Position numbers and translations under genes: made by a program
Part shown: in pieces, positions 13,745 through 27,650 of the stretch
How positions within the stretch are numbered: the stretch's first letter is position 1
How the letters are laid out: each line of letters opens with the position of its first letter
Notes under the pieces: generated by a model
What the model was told of the DNA's origin: nothing
The model's input: the letters and a program-made list of their open reading frames with translations, nothing else
The model's database searches: none
NCBI RefSeq assembly: GCF_006345805.1
Contig: NC_043002.1
Coordinates: 14,694,001 to 14,758,000 of the forward strand
Origin: Octopus sinensis
Taxonomy: Eukaryota
Direction: 5' to 3'
DNA: 64,000 nucleotides

Positions 13745-15262
13745 CATAGAATAATAAAAAGCAAGAGACAACTCAAATCACTAAAAAGCTTACTTACCAA
13801 TGCAAAAGTACCCAATACAAGCCAAACTCCACCGTCAAAAGATTTCTTCGCTCTAATTGCGGGGCCTCCATCCACCTCATTGAAGGGACAATATATAAAT
13901 TACAACCACGACACACATTTGTCGTAAAAAATAACTTCAACTGCGCATCAAAAAATTTACTTTATTTCATCAGGTGTGAAGCGTGTCACTAAGATTACAT
14001 AGTGCAAAGTAGTCTTACCCTCACAGACAGGATGACTGTCCACCGCCAATAATTACAACAAACACACAGGCACATAGACATACACACATACACACAAGCA
14101 CGTACACGCGCACAATAACACACAGCACCCTGACAAATACAAGACACACTCACACAATTTCACACACATATATACACACACTGCATAAACTATACAAATA
14201 ATACACTCACAAATATACACCTAAACATACGCAAACACCACATAGAAAATGATGTACACATATATACGTATGTACGGGAGCACACACACTCCGCCAGAAC
14301 AAATATAACACAAATACACACACGAAAATGCATTAACCACACCCACCCACACAGACACAAATCCATACCCAGTAAAAATACGCACACACACATGCATACA
14401 CATGAACACCATCCTGTTACACGTAACACACACGGATACACACACATCTCCTAACAAATACAGCACTTTCTCTAACATTCACACTCACACACATACGTAC
14501 ATGTGTATCCACGCATGCACACTCACACACACACTTAGCACCCGGACAAGTATTACACTACAAACATACACAGACACACAAACACACACATATATTCACG
14601 TGCACGCACGCAACACACTTCGCAACGCAACACACACAAATATACACACGCAAATACACACAGACGTACACATAAACACACACGAACAAACACATATACA
14701 CTCATACACACAGGCTCACACACGTTATCGGTTATTTCTAATAATTTTCTCACTGTATTGTGAGTCCGTTTTTTCTTTCTTCCATCTATGATCTTATTTT
14801 TGATCTTCCATGTAAATGAAGATATTTCCCCCTACCGACTGTTTTTCTTCTACAAAAGAAATTACATTGCGAAACTGTTATTTTAACGAGTTGTTTCTAT
14901 TTATCACTAGATGATATACATCTGCACCCCCGGATGCTCCCGAACCAGTTGTTGAGTGTCCCACTCATGAGGAATCGATGCTAGCAGTGTCGAAACAATT
15001 GTGGGATTTTAAATAAATTCCGAATATTCCCTCTTCCGTTTTTCATGTGCCATAAACATAACGCAGTTGAAGTTATTTTTTACGACAAATGTGTGTCCTC
15101 ATTGGAATTTATATATTGTTCCTTCAATGAGGTGGATGGAGGCCCCGCAATTAGAGCGAAGAAATCTATTGGCGGTGGAGTTGGGCTTGTATTGGGTACT
15201 TTTGCATTGGTGAGTAAGTTTTTTAGTGATTTGAGTTGTCTCTTGCTTTTTATTATTCTATG
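13745..15262. repeat. Inverted repeat pair with 201-bp arms (13745-13945 and 15062-15262) around a degenerate CA-rich core
   Basis: catagaataataaaaagcaagagac...aacttcaactgcg is the reverse complement of cgcagttgaagtt...gtctcttgctttttattattctatg, with scattered substitutions. Degenerate (CA)n lies at about 14050-14720. Confidence 0.9.
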
Positions 15263-15365
15263 TGTAAAAGTGACTGTGCTTTACCAGTAAGCTACCAGGT
15301 GTAAACCATTCGTTTTATTATCGAATATGGTGTGCTATTATATGAGTATAAATTTCTCCTATAAC

Positions 15366-15538
15366 GCTTGACAACCGGTGTCAGTGTGTTTATATACCTG
15401 TAACTTCGCTGCTCGGCACAAACAAACGATATAATAAAAACCAGGCTTTAAAAAGTAAGTACCGGGCTTGGTTCATTCTGTTAAAGTTCTTCTCATCGGT
15501 GCCTCAGAATGGCCACCGTCTAATGGCTGAACCAAGTT
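15366..15538 (+). mobile_element. Degenerate 3' half of SINE family B
   Basis: gcttgacaaccggtgtcagtgtgttta...cagaatggccaccgtctaatggctgaaccaagt aligns by eye to 37770-37915. Confidence 0.55.
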
Positions 15539-16899
15539 GATGATTAAAGATAAAAGATATTTCTGCGTCCATCATGACAGAACTTTTGTCTTCGCAGCAC
15601 AGGAAATACTAGTGTATGCTGAATATTCCATTTTAGTGTATATTTTTGTTACTGGTGCATATTTGTCCTTTTTTCATCATCTAATGCATGAAAATATTAG
15701 GGTATCGTACAAACATATTTGGGGAATCTTTTCCACTTTCATGCCTTAAAATTTCAATTTTGAACATCGACTTTCCATTCTGTCCATCACTCTTAGATAA
15801 ATAAAATGATATTCTGCCACAGGAATCACAGATGATTATATAAAAAGTTGAACATAGACTCGGATCTGATTAATCGCATCTTTTTTCCAGACATCTTGAT
15901 AGTTGAAAAAAGTTTTCCTGTTTAATACAACTACTCCAATAACAGATGATTTTAGCAGAGTGCACCTAATCTCAAGGATCGGAGTAGCCTCGGGTTTGAG
16001 ACAGCAGTCCACCTTCCTTCTATCCAAACACTAAAGCCATAGAAATAATGACGCACATTGCCTTAGAATCGTTAAATTATTTTAAACAAAGTACGATATT
16101 ACATCGAATAACAAAAATGGAAGTCCTGTACCACTTAACTCTCATAATTCATACTTTGCACTTAAGTAGTTCCTTTTTATGACCGTCTTGATATATACTC
16201 CACACACACATACACACACGTGTTTAAGTGGGTGTGTATGTGTGTGTGTGTGTGTGTGTACAGATTCATAGACACATAGAAACACCTCTATATATGGTTC
16301 AAATTTATAAAAAGTAGAAAAAATATGAAAGAAACGTGAAGGAACAACAAACAACGTGTATTACATTGACGCTCAGAATAAAGTAAGTACTGCAAAAGTC
16401 GTTGGCATTTTAGCTTATGCTCTTCGACAGTAACAAATGAGGAAAGAAGAGAGAAAAATGTTTGGGTTTCCCGTGTTGAATTCACTATAAGGGGAGATAA
16501 CAATTATCAGGCTAAAGTGTGTCAGCATGAGTGCCAAACTATAACAACTGTACTCCTGGTGATACTTGCTTGGCGGAAATATAAATGTGAAATATTATAT
16601 AACAGACTGTGTAACATTAGAGTTGTGATGAAATCTTTGGGGGCAAAAGCAAATAAGGCCATTTACAATTATTTCTAATGAGACACCTTTTTTGGACTCA
16701 TTTAATTGATATTAATATATACACAAACACCCACGTACATATGTACACACATACACACACAAGCACACACATACAAACACACACACACATATACAGACAC
16801 ACACGCACACATATATATATAGACAGACACTCATCCGCACATATATACGTTCGTCTGAGTACTTGTAGGTTTATATGTGTGCATATATGTATAGGTGCA

Positions 16900-17044
16900 C
16901 CGAGGTCGACTTTGCCTTTCATTCTTTCGGGGTCGATAAATTAAGTACCAGTTACCCACTGGGGTCGATGTAATCGACTTAATCTGTTTGTCTGTTCTTG
17001 TTTGTCCCCTCTATGTTTAGCCCCTTGTGGGTAGTAAAGAAATA
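16900..17044 (+). mobile_element. 5'-truncated SINE family A
   Basis: cgaggtcgactttgcctttcattctttcggggtcgataaattaagtaccag...gtgggtagtaaagaaata. Confidence 0.8.
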
Positions 17045-18582
17045 TATATGTATAGGTGCGTGTCAATCAAGTGTTCGAAATGTGCGCTTATCTCTCTGCA
17101 TAACTATATGTAATGCAATGATAAAAGTCAGAGGGACGGGAAACGCAAGCATTGTGCTTCGCAGTAGACAGAAATTGTGTTTATCTACAGAAAATTAAGT
17201 TTGTTATGAACGATCATGTTTTTCTGTTTTTTTTTCGTTTTATTCAGAACAGCAAGCACAGAATTTATAAATATATTCTTTTTATAGGAAGGCATGATAT
17301 TAAGAAATTTTCGTGACGAGCGAAATAAATGTAATGCAACTTGCTGTAGCTTTATATCAATACTGAAGAAAAGAGAACCATTGTATAAGTTTTAGATCAT
17401 TATAGATCGTCGATCTCTTTTCTTTGCTCGATGTGAGCAGATTGCTGTTGGCTTATGTTTGCTCGTCAAGTAAACATAATGATCTACAAACTCTTTGATC
17501 TGAAGTGTTTTATAATTATTATAAACACATTTGGAAATGCTTGTGGGACTTCATGACAGAATTTCCTGGATCTGTATACGACAAATATGCACTAAGTTTT
17601 TCACAAAGAAAATTATAAACAGAAGGAAAGAATAAATCCGAAGTTTAATGTATAGGTTTATAGGTATATTATCTGACATTTATAAGAGATACGAAATAAG
17701 AAAATGTAAATGTTTATATGGAAGAGAAGTGGTTTAGCTGCTTTGAACGATAAAACGAAAATGTGAGCAGCAAGTTTATTAACGTTCCTTTACTTTTCTT
17801 TCCATGATTTGGTCTGGCGAAAGACGCTCTAACGAGGCTTAAGAAGGGGTTTAATATTCGCAAGGAATGTTTGCGTGAAAACATAGGTGGGAATAGGATT
17901 GTAGATTTTAAAAGAGAAATATCGGTGTAGGATCTCATATTGTGGAGTAATCAGTAACTATCGAAAAAATGCAGACAATAAAATAATAAAAGGAGGCCAA
18001 CCAGCGGTTAGGATGTCAAGTTTCTCTAGAAGCTATATATTATTCATTGTGTGCTATCTATAGTCTAATGTTTTGTGCCTTCACCTTCGCCTTCAGATCG
18101 ATCATTTGGGAGGCCAATATAGCATACATCAACGATGTCATATCTCCAGTTGTAATATCGTCTTAGATATTGGAGCGATAATCCCTTTTCTGATTCATTT
18201 ATGCATTTCACAAGGTTAGTAAGTATCTTTTTATTTGTTTGATATATATAGAGAGAGAGTAAAGTGTACATACATCCTGACTTCGAAGTCTCTCCGCGGC
18301 AGGTTACAAGGATGCCTCTCATTTTCATTTTCATCCCATACAAAGCAGTGCAAATGAAATAAAAGGCAAAGGTAGTGAATGGGACCAATGTTTGAGATGT
18401 AGTGAAAAGTGTAATGCAAATATTTCTGTTAATTAAACAGTGATTAAATATGAAGAGGTGAGTAGTATTTTTACTTGATATTTCCGGTAGAGAACACCAC
18501 GTATGTTAAGCTCTATATGAAGATTTTAGAGGCGTATTCTCTTATATTGTACTATAGAGTACAACGTCATCCTTCAAATGTA

Positions 18583-19147
18583 TTGGGTTGTCCGAAAAAT
18601 TCATGCGGATATTTAAAGGAAAGAAAAAGGTCAATAAATACTTGCCATTACATCTTTAATCAACCAAAAATGAACCATTTTGTTGCACGATGCATCTCCA
18701 TCTTTCTTTTAACTTGAAAATATCCTCTTCACAGAATTGAGGTGGTTCCATGGCAAGGAATTCATCAAGGTATCTTTTTACGTCATCCGAGGAATTGAAA
18801 TTTTTACCATTCAGAGTATTCTGCAGAGACCTGAATAAATGGAAATCCGAAGGAGCAATATCTGCTGAATAGGGAGGGTGGGGTAACACATCCCAGTCGA
18901 GCTGCAGCAACTTTTGTCTGGTTCCCAAAACATCAAGTGCCGAAAATGAACTTTCTTATCTTCTATTTTATAGGGTTACAAAATTAACACAGGTTATAGG
19001 AACATAACCTTCTTCCACGAAAAGATAGCTTAAACTGTGCTCTAAATGGAGGTGTAGTCAAATCCTATTTTATGGACTCAACCATGTTCTAAACTAAGTC
19101 GAAATGTAAGCTGCTATAAATCGGCACGAACTTTCCGGATAACCCAA
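18583..19147 (-). mobile_element. Internally deleted mariner (Tc1/mariner) element, 565 bp, with TIRs and TA target duplication
   Basis: TIRs ttgggttgtccgaaaaattcatgcgga and (reverse complement) ttgggttatccggaaagttcgtgccga. TA lies at 18581-82 and 19148-49. The C-terminal transposase frame WDVLPHPPYSADIAPSDFHLFRSLQ (18656-18928) is preceded by the N-terminal EDKKVHFRHLM. Confidence 0.9.
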
Positions 19148-20704
19148 TATTTTTTGTTTGCTTATTGTTGAAGGACCAAACAATGGCATGCTTCCTAAAA
19201 AATAAGAATGGTTTTAATGGGTCTGTAAATGAAACCAACAGATCTTCGGTGTTAAACATCTATGTTTCTTGTGTGTGAAGTGAAATGTATTATTTTAAGA
19301 TTTTTTTTAGATGGAGGTAAGGGCACTCAAGTCAGAGTATTCACACAGAATATTTGAACAGAAATATTTCCATCATCACATACTAGACATCATTCTCTCT
19401 GAAAGACTCTCCCCGAACAAAAGATATGACATGTATGGAGTTCATAGTCACGTAGATTACCTAAAATGTTTACATAAAGTAATATCATTCAAATGAATGG
19501 CACATCCCTTTAAGAAGTGGGGGTACACAATTCAGAAATATATTCAAACACACTTTCACATGACCTGGTATATATAAGTTCCGTGTACCAAGACATCTCT
19601 CAAAAAAGAACATTCCATATTTTCCATTTAATTTTAGGGAAGTGATGATTAAGTGGAACATTTAATTTTAGAAATTAATATGCATCAACCATATTTTGAT
19701 TACCCCATGGAAAAACGTTGCGAAGCATATGTTTACACCTTCGCAACGATATTCGATATCTGCTTAGTTCCAATTTATACATCCCTTTGGTGATTCATTT
19801 GCCGTTACTTTAATAATAAGACTGAAGTTTGTGTTTCGCTAATGCGTAGTAACAATACGGAAAAACACCCGAAGTTGTCTCCGATATCTCCCAAAATAAG
19901 TAACAAATATATTTTCACAAAAATTGACTTCGCCACACTGTATTCTATTTCAGCTTAACATTGTATTGCTACCCACACTGAATGTTGTAACATCAAATAT
20001 ACATAACACTAATGTAAATAGATGCAGTATTACTTGCTAGTAACACGTTGTTAATAGATAGATCACGTCAATTTCACTTGACGATGCAGGTATCCTGAGA
20101 AATTCTCCACGGGCAAATTATCTAGTTATTGTTTTACAAGTAAGTGAAAGTGGATATTATTTGATATTTAAATGCTGTAATATCAACAAATACAAAGTAA
20201 ACATTCGGTCTTTTGGCCCACCAACATGTGGCTTCTTTCCTTCCACTCAGCATATAAGGTAACGGTTTTCAGTTCATTGAATGCATCACAAATCTATATG
20301 GCTTGATATATTATTTTCTAGCATATTTCCTATGGAATAATCAAACTTTCATTCACAAATAAACCCACTGTATCTCTATGTCACTGCGACGATGGAGTAT
20401 CTTACATCAGCATTATATGATCCTATTTAATATGTGTAATCCTTAAATCTACATTCGAAATTTTCTCAGAGTTCACTTTATACATGTCCACTTAACGCAT
20501 TTACATAATAGGAAGTGCAGATGGCGGCATGTGTTTTATTACTTAAATAAATTAGATAACAAATAACTTCGCATTCTCCTTTCAGCTTGGGAAACCAGCC
20601 TATATCATGCAGTTCATTTAAAAGGATCGACTATAAACTAATAAAATATTGTATACATGTATAGATAGACTGATAGATGCACATATTATACGTATACGTA
20701 CATG

Positions 20705-20738
<34 letters not shown>

Positions 20739-20742
20739 ATAT

Positions 20743-21296
20743 TATATAAAAGGGCTTAGTAAAATAAATTACTTTGCCGCATACTGAACTCATTAGAAAT
20801 AGCAGCTAAAAAACTTTTTTAAGGCTATTTCTAATACTTAAAGAAAATCTCTCTCATATATAGTGTTTGCATAATTTAACTCACAAAAGTTTGGGGGTAA
20901 TGACATCGAAAAATCAAATGCTAAGGTTATTCGAGAACGTACGTTTCAAGATTAGTCAAAACAACATTTCTATCATCGGCTCGGAAATTCCTTGGTTTGG
21001 ATTTGGAAACACTGAAAATAAGAACATACCCTCTCGAAGATCTGCTCCCAACTAACAGTGTCAACAAATTCAAAATAAGCAAGCGAAGAATCTCTGTTCT
21101 CCCCTTTCCACCAGCATGGGTTAAAATCATCAAACTCTATGCTTATTTCGGTAAAGTCCGAAGCATTAATCAGAGGGAGATTAATTATAATTTCAACAAT
21201 TGAGGGCAAAATTAATTAATTATTAATCAATTTCACCAAGTGTTCAGTATGCAAAGGGACCATTCAAGGCGAATTCAAATTATTACATTATATAAA
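20743..21296. repeat. Single inverted copy of the 546-bp monomer, preceded by (TA)n
   Basis: tatataaaagggcttagt...ggcgaattcaaattattacattatataaa is the reverse complement of the downstream tandem unit. Confidence 0.95.
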
Positions 21297-24059
21297 TTGA
21301 TTAATAATTAATTAATTTTGCCCTCAATTGTTGAAATTATAATTAATCTCCCTCTGATTAATGCTTCGGACTTTACCGAAATAAGCATAGAGTTTGATGA
21401 TTTTAACCCATGCTGGTGGAAAGGGGAGAACAGAGATTCTTCGCTTGCTTATTTTGAATTTGTTGACACTGTTAGTTGGGAGCAGATCTTCGAGAGGGTA
21501 TGTTCTTATTTTCAGTGTTTCCAAATCCAAACCAAGGATTTCCGAGCCGATGATAGAAATGTTGTTTTGACTAATCTTGAAACGTACGTTCTCGAATAAC
21601 CTTAGCATTTGATTTTTCGATGTCATTACCCCCAAACTTTTGTGAGTTAAATTATGCAAACACTATATATGAGAGAGATTTTCTTTAAGTATTAGAAATA
21701 GCCTTAAAAAAGTTTTTTAGCTGCTATTTCTAATGAGTTCAGTATGCGGCAAAGTAATTTATTTTACTAAGCCCTTTTATATAATGTAATAATTTGAATT
21801 CGCCTTGAATGGTCCCTTTGCATACTGAACACTTGGTGAATTGATTAATAATTAATTAATTTTGCCCTCAATTGTTGAAATTATATTAATCTCCCTCTGA
21901 TTAATGCTTCGGACTTTACCGAAATAAGCATAGAGTTTGATGATTTTAACCCATGCTGGTGGAAAGGGGAGAACAGAGATTCTTCGCTTGCTTATTTTGA
22001 ATTTGTTGACACTGTTAGTTGGGAGCAGATCTTCGAGAGGGTATGTTCTTATTTTCAGTGTTTCCAAATCCAAACCAAGGAATTTCCGAGCCGATGATAG
22101 AAATGTTGTTTTGACTAATCTTGAAACGTACGTTCTCGAATAACCTTAGCATTTGATTTTTCGATGTCATTACCCCCAAACTTTTGTGAGTTAAATTATG
22201 CAAACACTATATATGAGAGAGATTTTCTTTAAGTATTAGAAATAGCCTTAAAAAAGTTTTTTAGCTGCTATTTCTAATGAGTTCAGTATGCGGCAAAGTA
22301 ATTTATTTTACTAAGCCCTTTTATATAATGTAATAATTTGAATTCGCCTTGAATGGTCCCTTTGCATACTGAACACTTGGTGAAATTGATTAATAATTAA
22401 TTAATTTTGCCCTCAATTGTTGAAATTATAATTAATCTCCCTCTGATTAATGCTTCGGACTTTACCGAAATAAGCATAGAGTTTGATGATTTTAACCCAT
22501 GCTGGTGGAAAGGGGAGAACAGAGATTCTTCGCTTGCTTATTTTGAATTTGTTGACACTGTTAGTTGGGAGCAGATCTTCGAGAGGGTATGTTCTTATTT
22601 TCAGTGTTTCCAAATCCAAACCAAGGAATTTCCGAGCCGATGATAGAAATGTTGTTTTGACTAATCTTGAAACGTACGTTCTCGAATAACCTTAGCATTT
22701 GATTTTTCGATGTCATTACCCCCAAACTTTTGTGAGTTAAATTATGCAAACACTATATATGAGAGAGATTTTCTTTAAGTATTAGAAATAGCCTTAAAAA
22801 AGTTTTTTAGCTGCTATTTCTAATGAGTTCAGTATGCGGCAAAGTAATTTATTTTACTAAGCCCTTTTATATAATGTAATAATTTGAATTCGCCTTGAAT
22901 GGTCCCTTTGCATACTGAACACTTGGTGAAATTGATTAATAATTAATTAATTTTGCCCTCAATTGTTGAAATTATAATTAATCTCCCTCTGATTAATGCT
23001 TCGGACTTTACCGAAATAAGCATAGAGTTTGATGATTTTAACCCATGCTGGTGGAAAGGGGAGAACAGAGATTCTTCGCTTGCTTATTTTGAATTTGTTG
23101 ACACTGTTAGTTGGGAGCAGATCTTCGAGAGGGTATGTTCTTATTTTCAGTGTTTCCAAATCCAAACCAAGGAATTTCCGAGCCGATGATAGAAATGTTG
23201 TTTTGACTAATCTTGAAACGTACGTTCTCGAATAACCTTAGCATTTGATTTTTCGATGTCATTACCCCCAAACTTTTGTGAGTTAAATTATGCAAACACT
23301 ATATATGAGAGAGATTTTCTTTAAGTATTAGAAATAGCCTTAAAAAAGTTTTTTAGCTGCTATTTCTAATGAGTTCAGTATGCGGCAAAGTAATTTATTT
23401 TACTAAGCCCTTTTATATAATGTAATAATTTGAATTCGCCTTGAATGGTCCTTTGCATACTGAACACTTGGTGAAATTGATTAATAATTAATTAATTTTG
23501 CCCTCAATTGTTGAAATTATAATTAATCTCCCTCTGATTAATGCTTCGGACTTTACCGAAATAAGCATAGAGTTTGATGATTTTAACCCATGCTGGTGGA
23601 AAGGGGAGAACAGAGATTCTTCGCTTGCTTATTTTGAATTTGTTGACACTGTTAGTTGGGAGCAGATCTTCGAGAGGGTATGTTCTTATTTTCAGTGTTT
23701 CCAAATCCAAACCAAGGAATTTCCGAGCCGATGATAGAAATGTTGTTTTGACTAATCTTGAAACGTACGTTCTCGAATAACCTTAGCATTTGATTTTTCG
23801 ATGTCATTACCCCCAAACTTTTGTGAGTTAAATTATGCAAACACTATATATGAGAGAGATTTTCTTTAAGTATTAGAAATAGCCTTAAAAAAGTTTTTTA
23901 GCTGCTATTTCTAATGAGTTCAGTATGCGGCAAAGTAATTTATTTTACTAAGCCCTTTTATATAATGTAATAATTTGAATTCGCCTTGAATGGTCCCTTT
24001 GCATACTGAACACTTGGTGAAATTGATTAATAATTAATTAATTTTGCCCTCAATTGTTG

Positions 24060-24066
<7 letters not shown>
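21297..24066. repeat. Tandem array of a 546-bp unit: 5 full copies plus a 44-bp partial copy, ending in (TA)n
   Basis: Unit starts (ttgattaataatt) at 21297, 21841, 22386, 22932, 23477 and 24023. The differences I could find are single-base indels. Identical short ORFs recur in the ORF track. Confidence 0.95.
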
Positions 24067-24109
<43 letters not shown>

Positions 24110-24171
24110 TATGTATATATATATATATATATTATGTATATATATATAATATGTGTATATATGTACATATG

Positions 24172-24206
<35 letters not shown>

Positions 24207-24214
24207 GTAAATAT

Positions 24215-24262
<48 letters not shown>

Positions 24263-24358
24263 GTAAATATATACAATGTATATATATATATATTATACAT
24301 ACATGTGTATATATTTTATATATATATATATATACCCATATATACATATACAATATAT

Positions 24359-24400
<42 letters not shown>

Positions 24401-25745
24401 CACTGGCTTTAAATTCATTTAAGGCATTCAAGTATATTGTTTCGGTAAGCCCTATCGTAATCCAAAATTACTTAATTAATTGTTTAATGAGAATTCCGCT
24501 CTTGTGTTAATAACGATCACTATTTGCTTTAAGAAAGATCTTTCTTTTAATCAATTACAATGAATACCCAGAGATAGTAATGAGAAAGAATGAAGCGATT
24601 ACACTGATTGTAAACAATGTATCTGTTTGCTTGTATGTGTCTTTGTTATAAAGGCTTAACGCATTTCCTCGTATGTATAATGTGTTCCATTCCCTGTGCA
24701 ATGTTACGTGATTAGCTTAATCAATGAATCTCTCATCAACAAATACCGAATTACTGCACGATACTCTATATCATTTAGATCTTATTCTATAAGCATTTCA
24801 ATCAAGAAGGCCACACAATTATTGAGTGTTTGGGTCAACAAAACCACGAACTTTGTATAGAATTGGAATTATTCGTAATGAGGTGTCCGATTTTCGCAAA
24901 TCAGATTTCAGTTATACACCTTTCAACTATTCTCTTACATTATTAACAGACACCAAGTGACAATTTACTCTTAATTACCCAAAGGTTTTCACTAGGCAAT
25001 TAATTAATTAACTCGAAATGAACTCTAGTCCTCGCTTTTCACAGGTCTTATGATATATGTATGTATATGAATTATTTTTTAATTTGTATGTGACAATAAC
25101 GTCTTTAGCTTTCATGAGATTCTGGGAAATTAAACTTTTTAAGTTTTGTAACTCCTAATTAGACATGTCTGATTTATGTATATGAATCTTGCCAAATATT
25201 TGCAGAGTTTGGAATTGATAGAAATGACAAGAGAACGGTCATATAGCTCTACGAGCTTCCATTACATGATTTATATTCTTAAATGCAGACATAAAAATTA
25301 TAATTAGCTACTGACTTTTATAGATTATTGGAGCCTCCAATTTATACGGGAAACTATTCATATATGAATTCAGCAGTGCAGTTTCGATATACTGTTTGTA
25401 TGCACATACGATTTATTAAACTTGTCAACAATGTTATGTATGAGAATATGTGTATGGAAATCATTAGCTCTGTTCTCTTGTGATTGTCACCAAATAATAC
25501 ATTCTGCTAATTCTATTAGAAGCCTATGTTATTACTAGCAGACATAAGTTCTTTATCCTCCCTAGCGAAGGCAGAACTACAGACTGAGAGACAGACCGAG
25601 CGACCGACATACCAAACAACCGACAGATAGACATACAGGTAGATAGATAGACAGACAGAATGATTGATTTATTGATTGATTGATTGATTCAGACATATAT
25701 TTATGTATGCCCATAGATACATACATTTTTATGCCATGTATTATA

Positions 25746-26080
25746 GGCGCATGGCTCAGTGGTTAGAGCGTCGAGCTTACGATCGTGAGGTTGTGAGCTC
25801 GAATCCCGGACCGGGCTGCGTGTTGTGTTCTTGAGCAAGGCACTTTATTTCACGTTGCTCCAGTTCACTCAGCTGTAGAAATGAGTTGCGACGTCACAGG
25901 TGCCAAGCTGTATCGACCTTTGTCTTTCCCTTGGATAACACTGGTGGCGTGGAGAGAGGAGGCTGGTATGCATGGGCGACTGCTGGCCTTCCATAAACAA
26001 CCTTGCCCGGACTTGTATCTAGGAAGGTAACTTTCTAGGTGCAATCCCATGGTCATTCATGACCGAAGGGGGTCTTTATT
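25746..26080 (+). mobile_element. tRNA-derived SINE, family C (full length)
   Basis: A-box-like tggctcagtgg and B-box-like gctcgaatcc. The 3' half is repeated at about 33745-33943. Confidence 0.8.
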
Positions 26081-27376
26081 ATAGGGCAAACCAACAAATT
26101 TCAAAGTTACACTTTATGCTCCTTGGATACTAAGCATGAAGCCCCTACACACAATAATTCTACGAAAAGACGAGAAAGTAAGAACATGTGGCAGCTACAT
26201 CTGCCACACATCTCCTCTTTCTTTGTTGTCTAATTGCTATCACAGCAGGTGTTTCTGTCCTTAAATGTTCACTGGCTCATTGAATATATAATCCCTGTTA
26301 TTAGTCGATTAAGTAAAATGGACATATATTTGCATAAGTAGCACGTTCTTAGCAACTAGTCGAAAATTTAAATCATAGCACTGTTAATAATTTTACATGT
26401 ATCGTTTTAGTTTACTATAACTTAATGCGTAAATGGGAATTATTTCACTTCCATAGTAACATATCGATTTAGGTAAAAGCTGGTAGCCAGAATCTCTTTT
26501 AAAAAGCACAACCAGCATTCAAAGCAAAACAAATATGATGAATAATATTACCTGAAAATAAATGAGGCTCATATAACTGGATATTTATACTTCAAACTAT
26601 AGGAAATGGGTATACCGTGATTGGATTGATTTGTCTCATACACTAGCCAAATCAGAGAGATCTGATTCAGGAAACAGAATTTATGCATCCATTACTTAGG
26701 AGGGTTACATTGTAGGCTAATATTCTTTAGCAACAAACGATTTTCCGTAGCACGTATCATGTGCACATTAATGTATATGGAATATTTTATTGTATATGTC
26801 ATTCATAAAACATTTCATATCAAGCAACATCTTTATTGTTCAATATTAACCGAGCTAAAGAAGTTTTAAGATTCTTTTCCTTATCAATGTCTTCCACTTT
26901 TTTATCTGCATTCATGTATTATATATCTGTTGTGTATACACAAACGCTTGTATCTTTCTCTGGCAACAATTCTTTTCACTCGAAGTTTCTCTGTTTTCAA
27001 AAAAAAATTGAACTGACTTGTATTATTTGTCAAAAAATATGAATAATTCTTCAGGCTAAATAGAAGCGATCCTGTCATTTTTGGTATTTAAATATGCCAA
27101 TCTTTTATGATATTGTTTAAAAGAAAACTGCAGACCAATATACTAAACGGATGAAACCGCATCTTCCCTTTGTTCACTCGCTCGCTTTAGTTATATTTTT
27201 TTATTATCTTTACAATTCCATATTTGACATTTGAGCAGATCAAATAATTCTAGTTTTGATATGTGTTTAATTTATTAAAATACTATCTGCCCATTTCAGA
27301 AGTGGATGTGAACTAAATATAGAATAAACTTTCATTTAGTTTACATTCCACTGAGATCAATATACAAATACATAGA

Positions 27377-27650
27377 GCAGCGAGCTGGCAGAAACGATAG
27401 CACATCGGGCGAAATGCTTAGCAGTATTTCGTCTGCCTCTACGTTCTCAGTTCAAATTTCGCCAAGGTCGACTTTGTCTTTCATCCTTTCGAGGTCGATA
27501 AATTAAGTACCAGTTACGCATTGGGGTCGATGTAATCGACTTAATCCGTTTGTCTGTCCTTGTTTGTCCTCTCTGTATTTATCCCCTTGTGGGTACTACA
27601 CAAATAGGTATTTCGTCTGCCGTTACGTTCTGAGTTCAAATTCCGGGGTC
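27377..27650 (+). mobile_element. SINE family A with partial second unit and probable TSD
   Basis: Family A head and core, with restart tatttcgtctgccgttacgttctgagttcaaattcc at about 27609. acaaatacat flanks both sides (27364 and 27665). Confidence 0.8.

Noticed and set aside
20867-23840. Repeated 62-111 aa ORFs in the 546-bp array, and the array as a possible CRISPR-like locus
   Set aside because: Overlapping short ORFs occur on both strands with no recognisable domain. The units are identical, with no unique spacers.
25746-25815. tRNA-like sequences here and at 33434, 37151, 57898 and 59377
   Set aside because: A and B boxes are present, but they continue into SINE bodies and lack a full cloverleaf.
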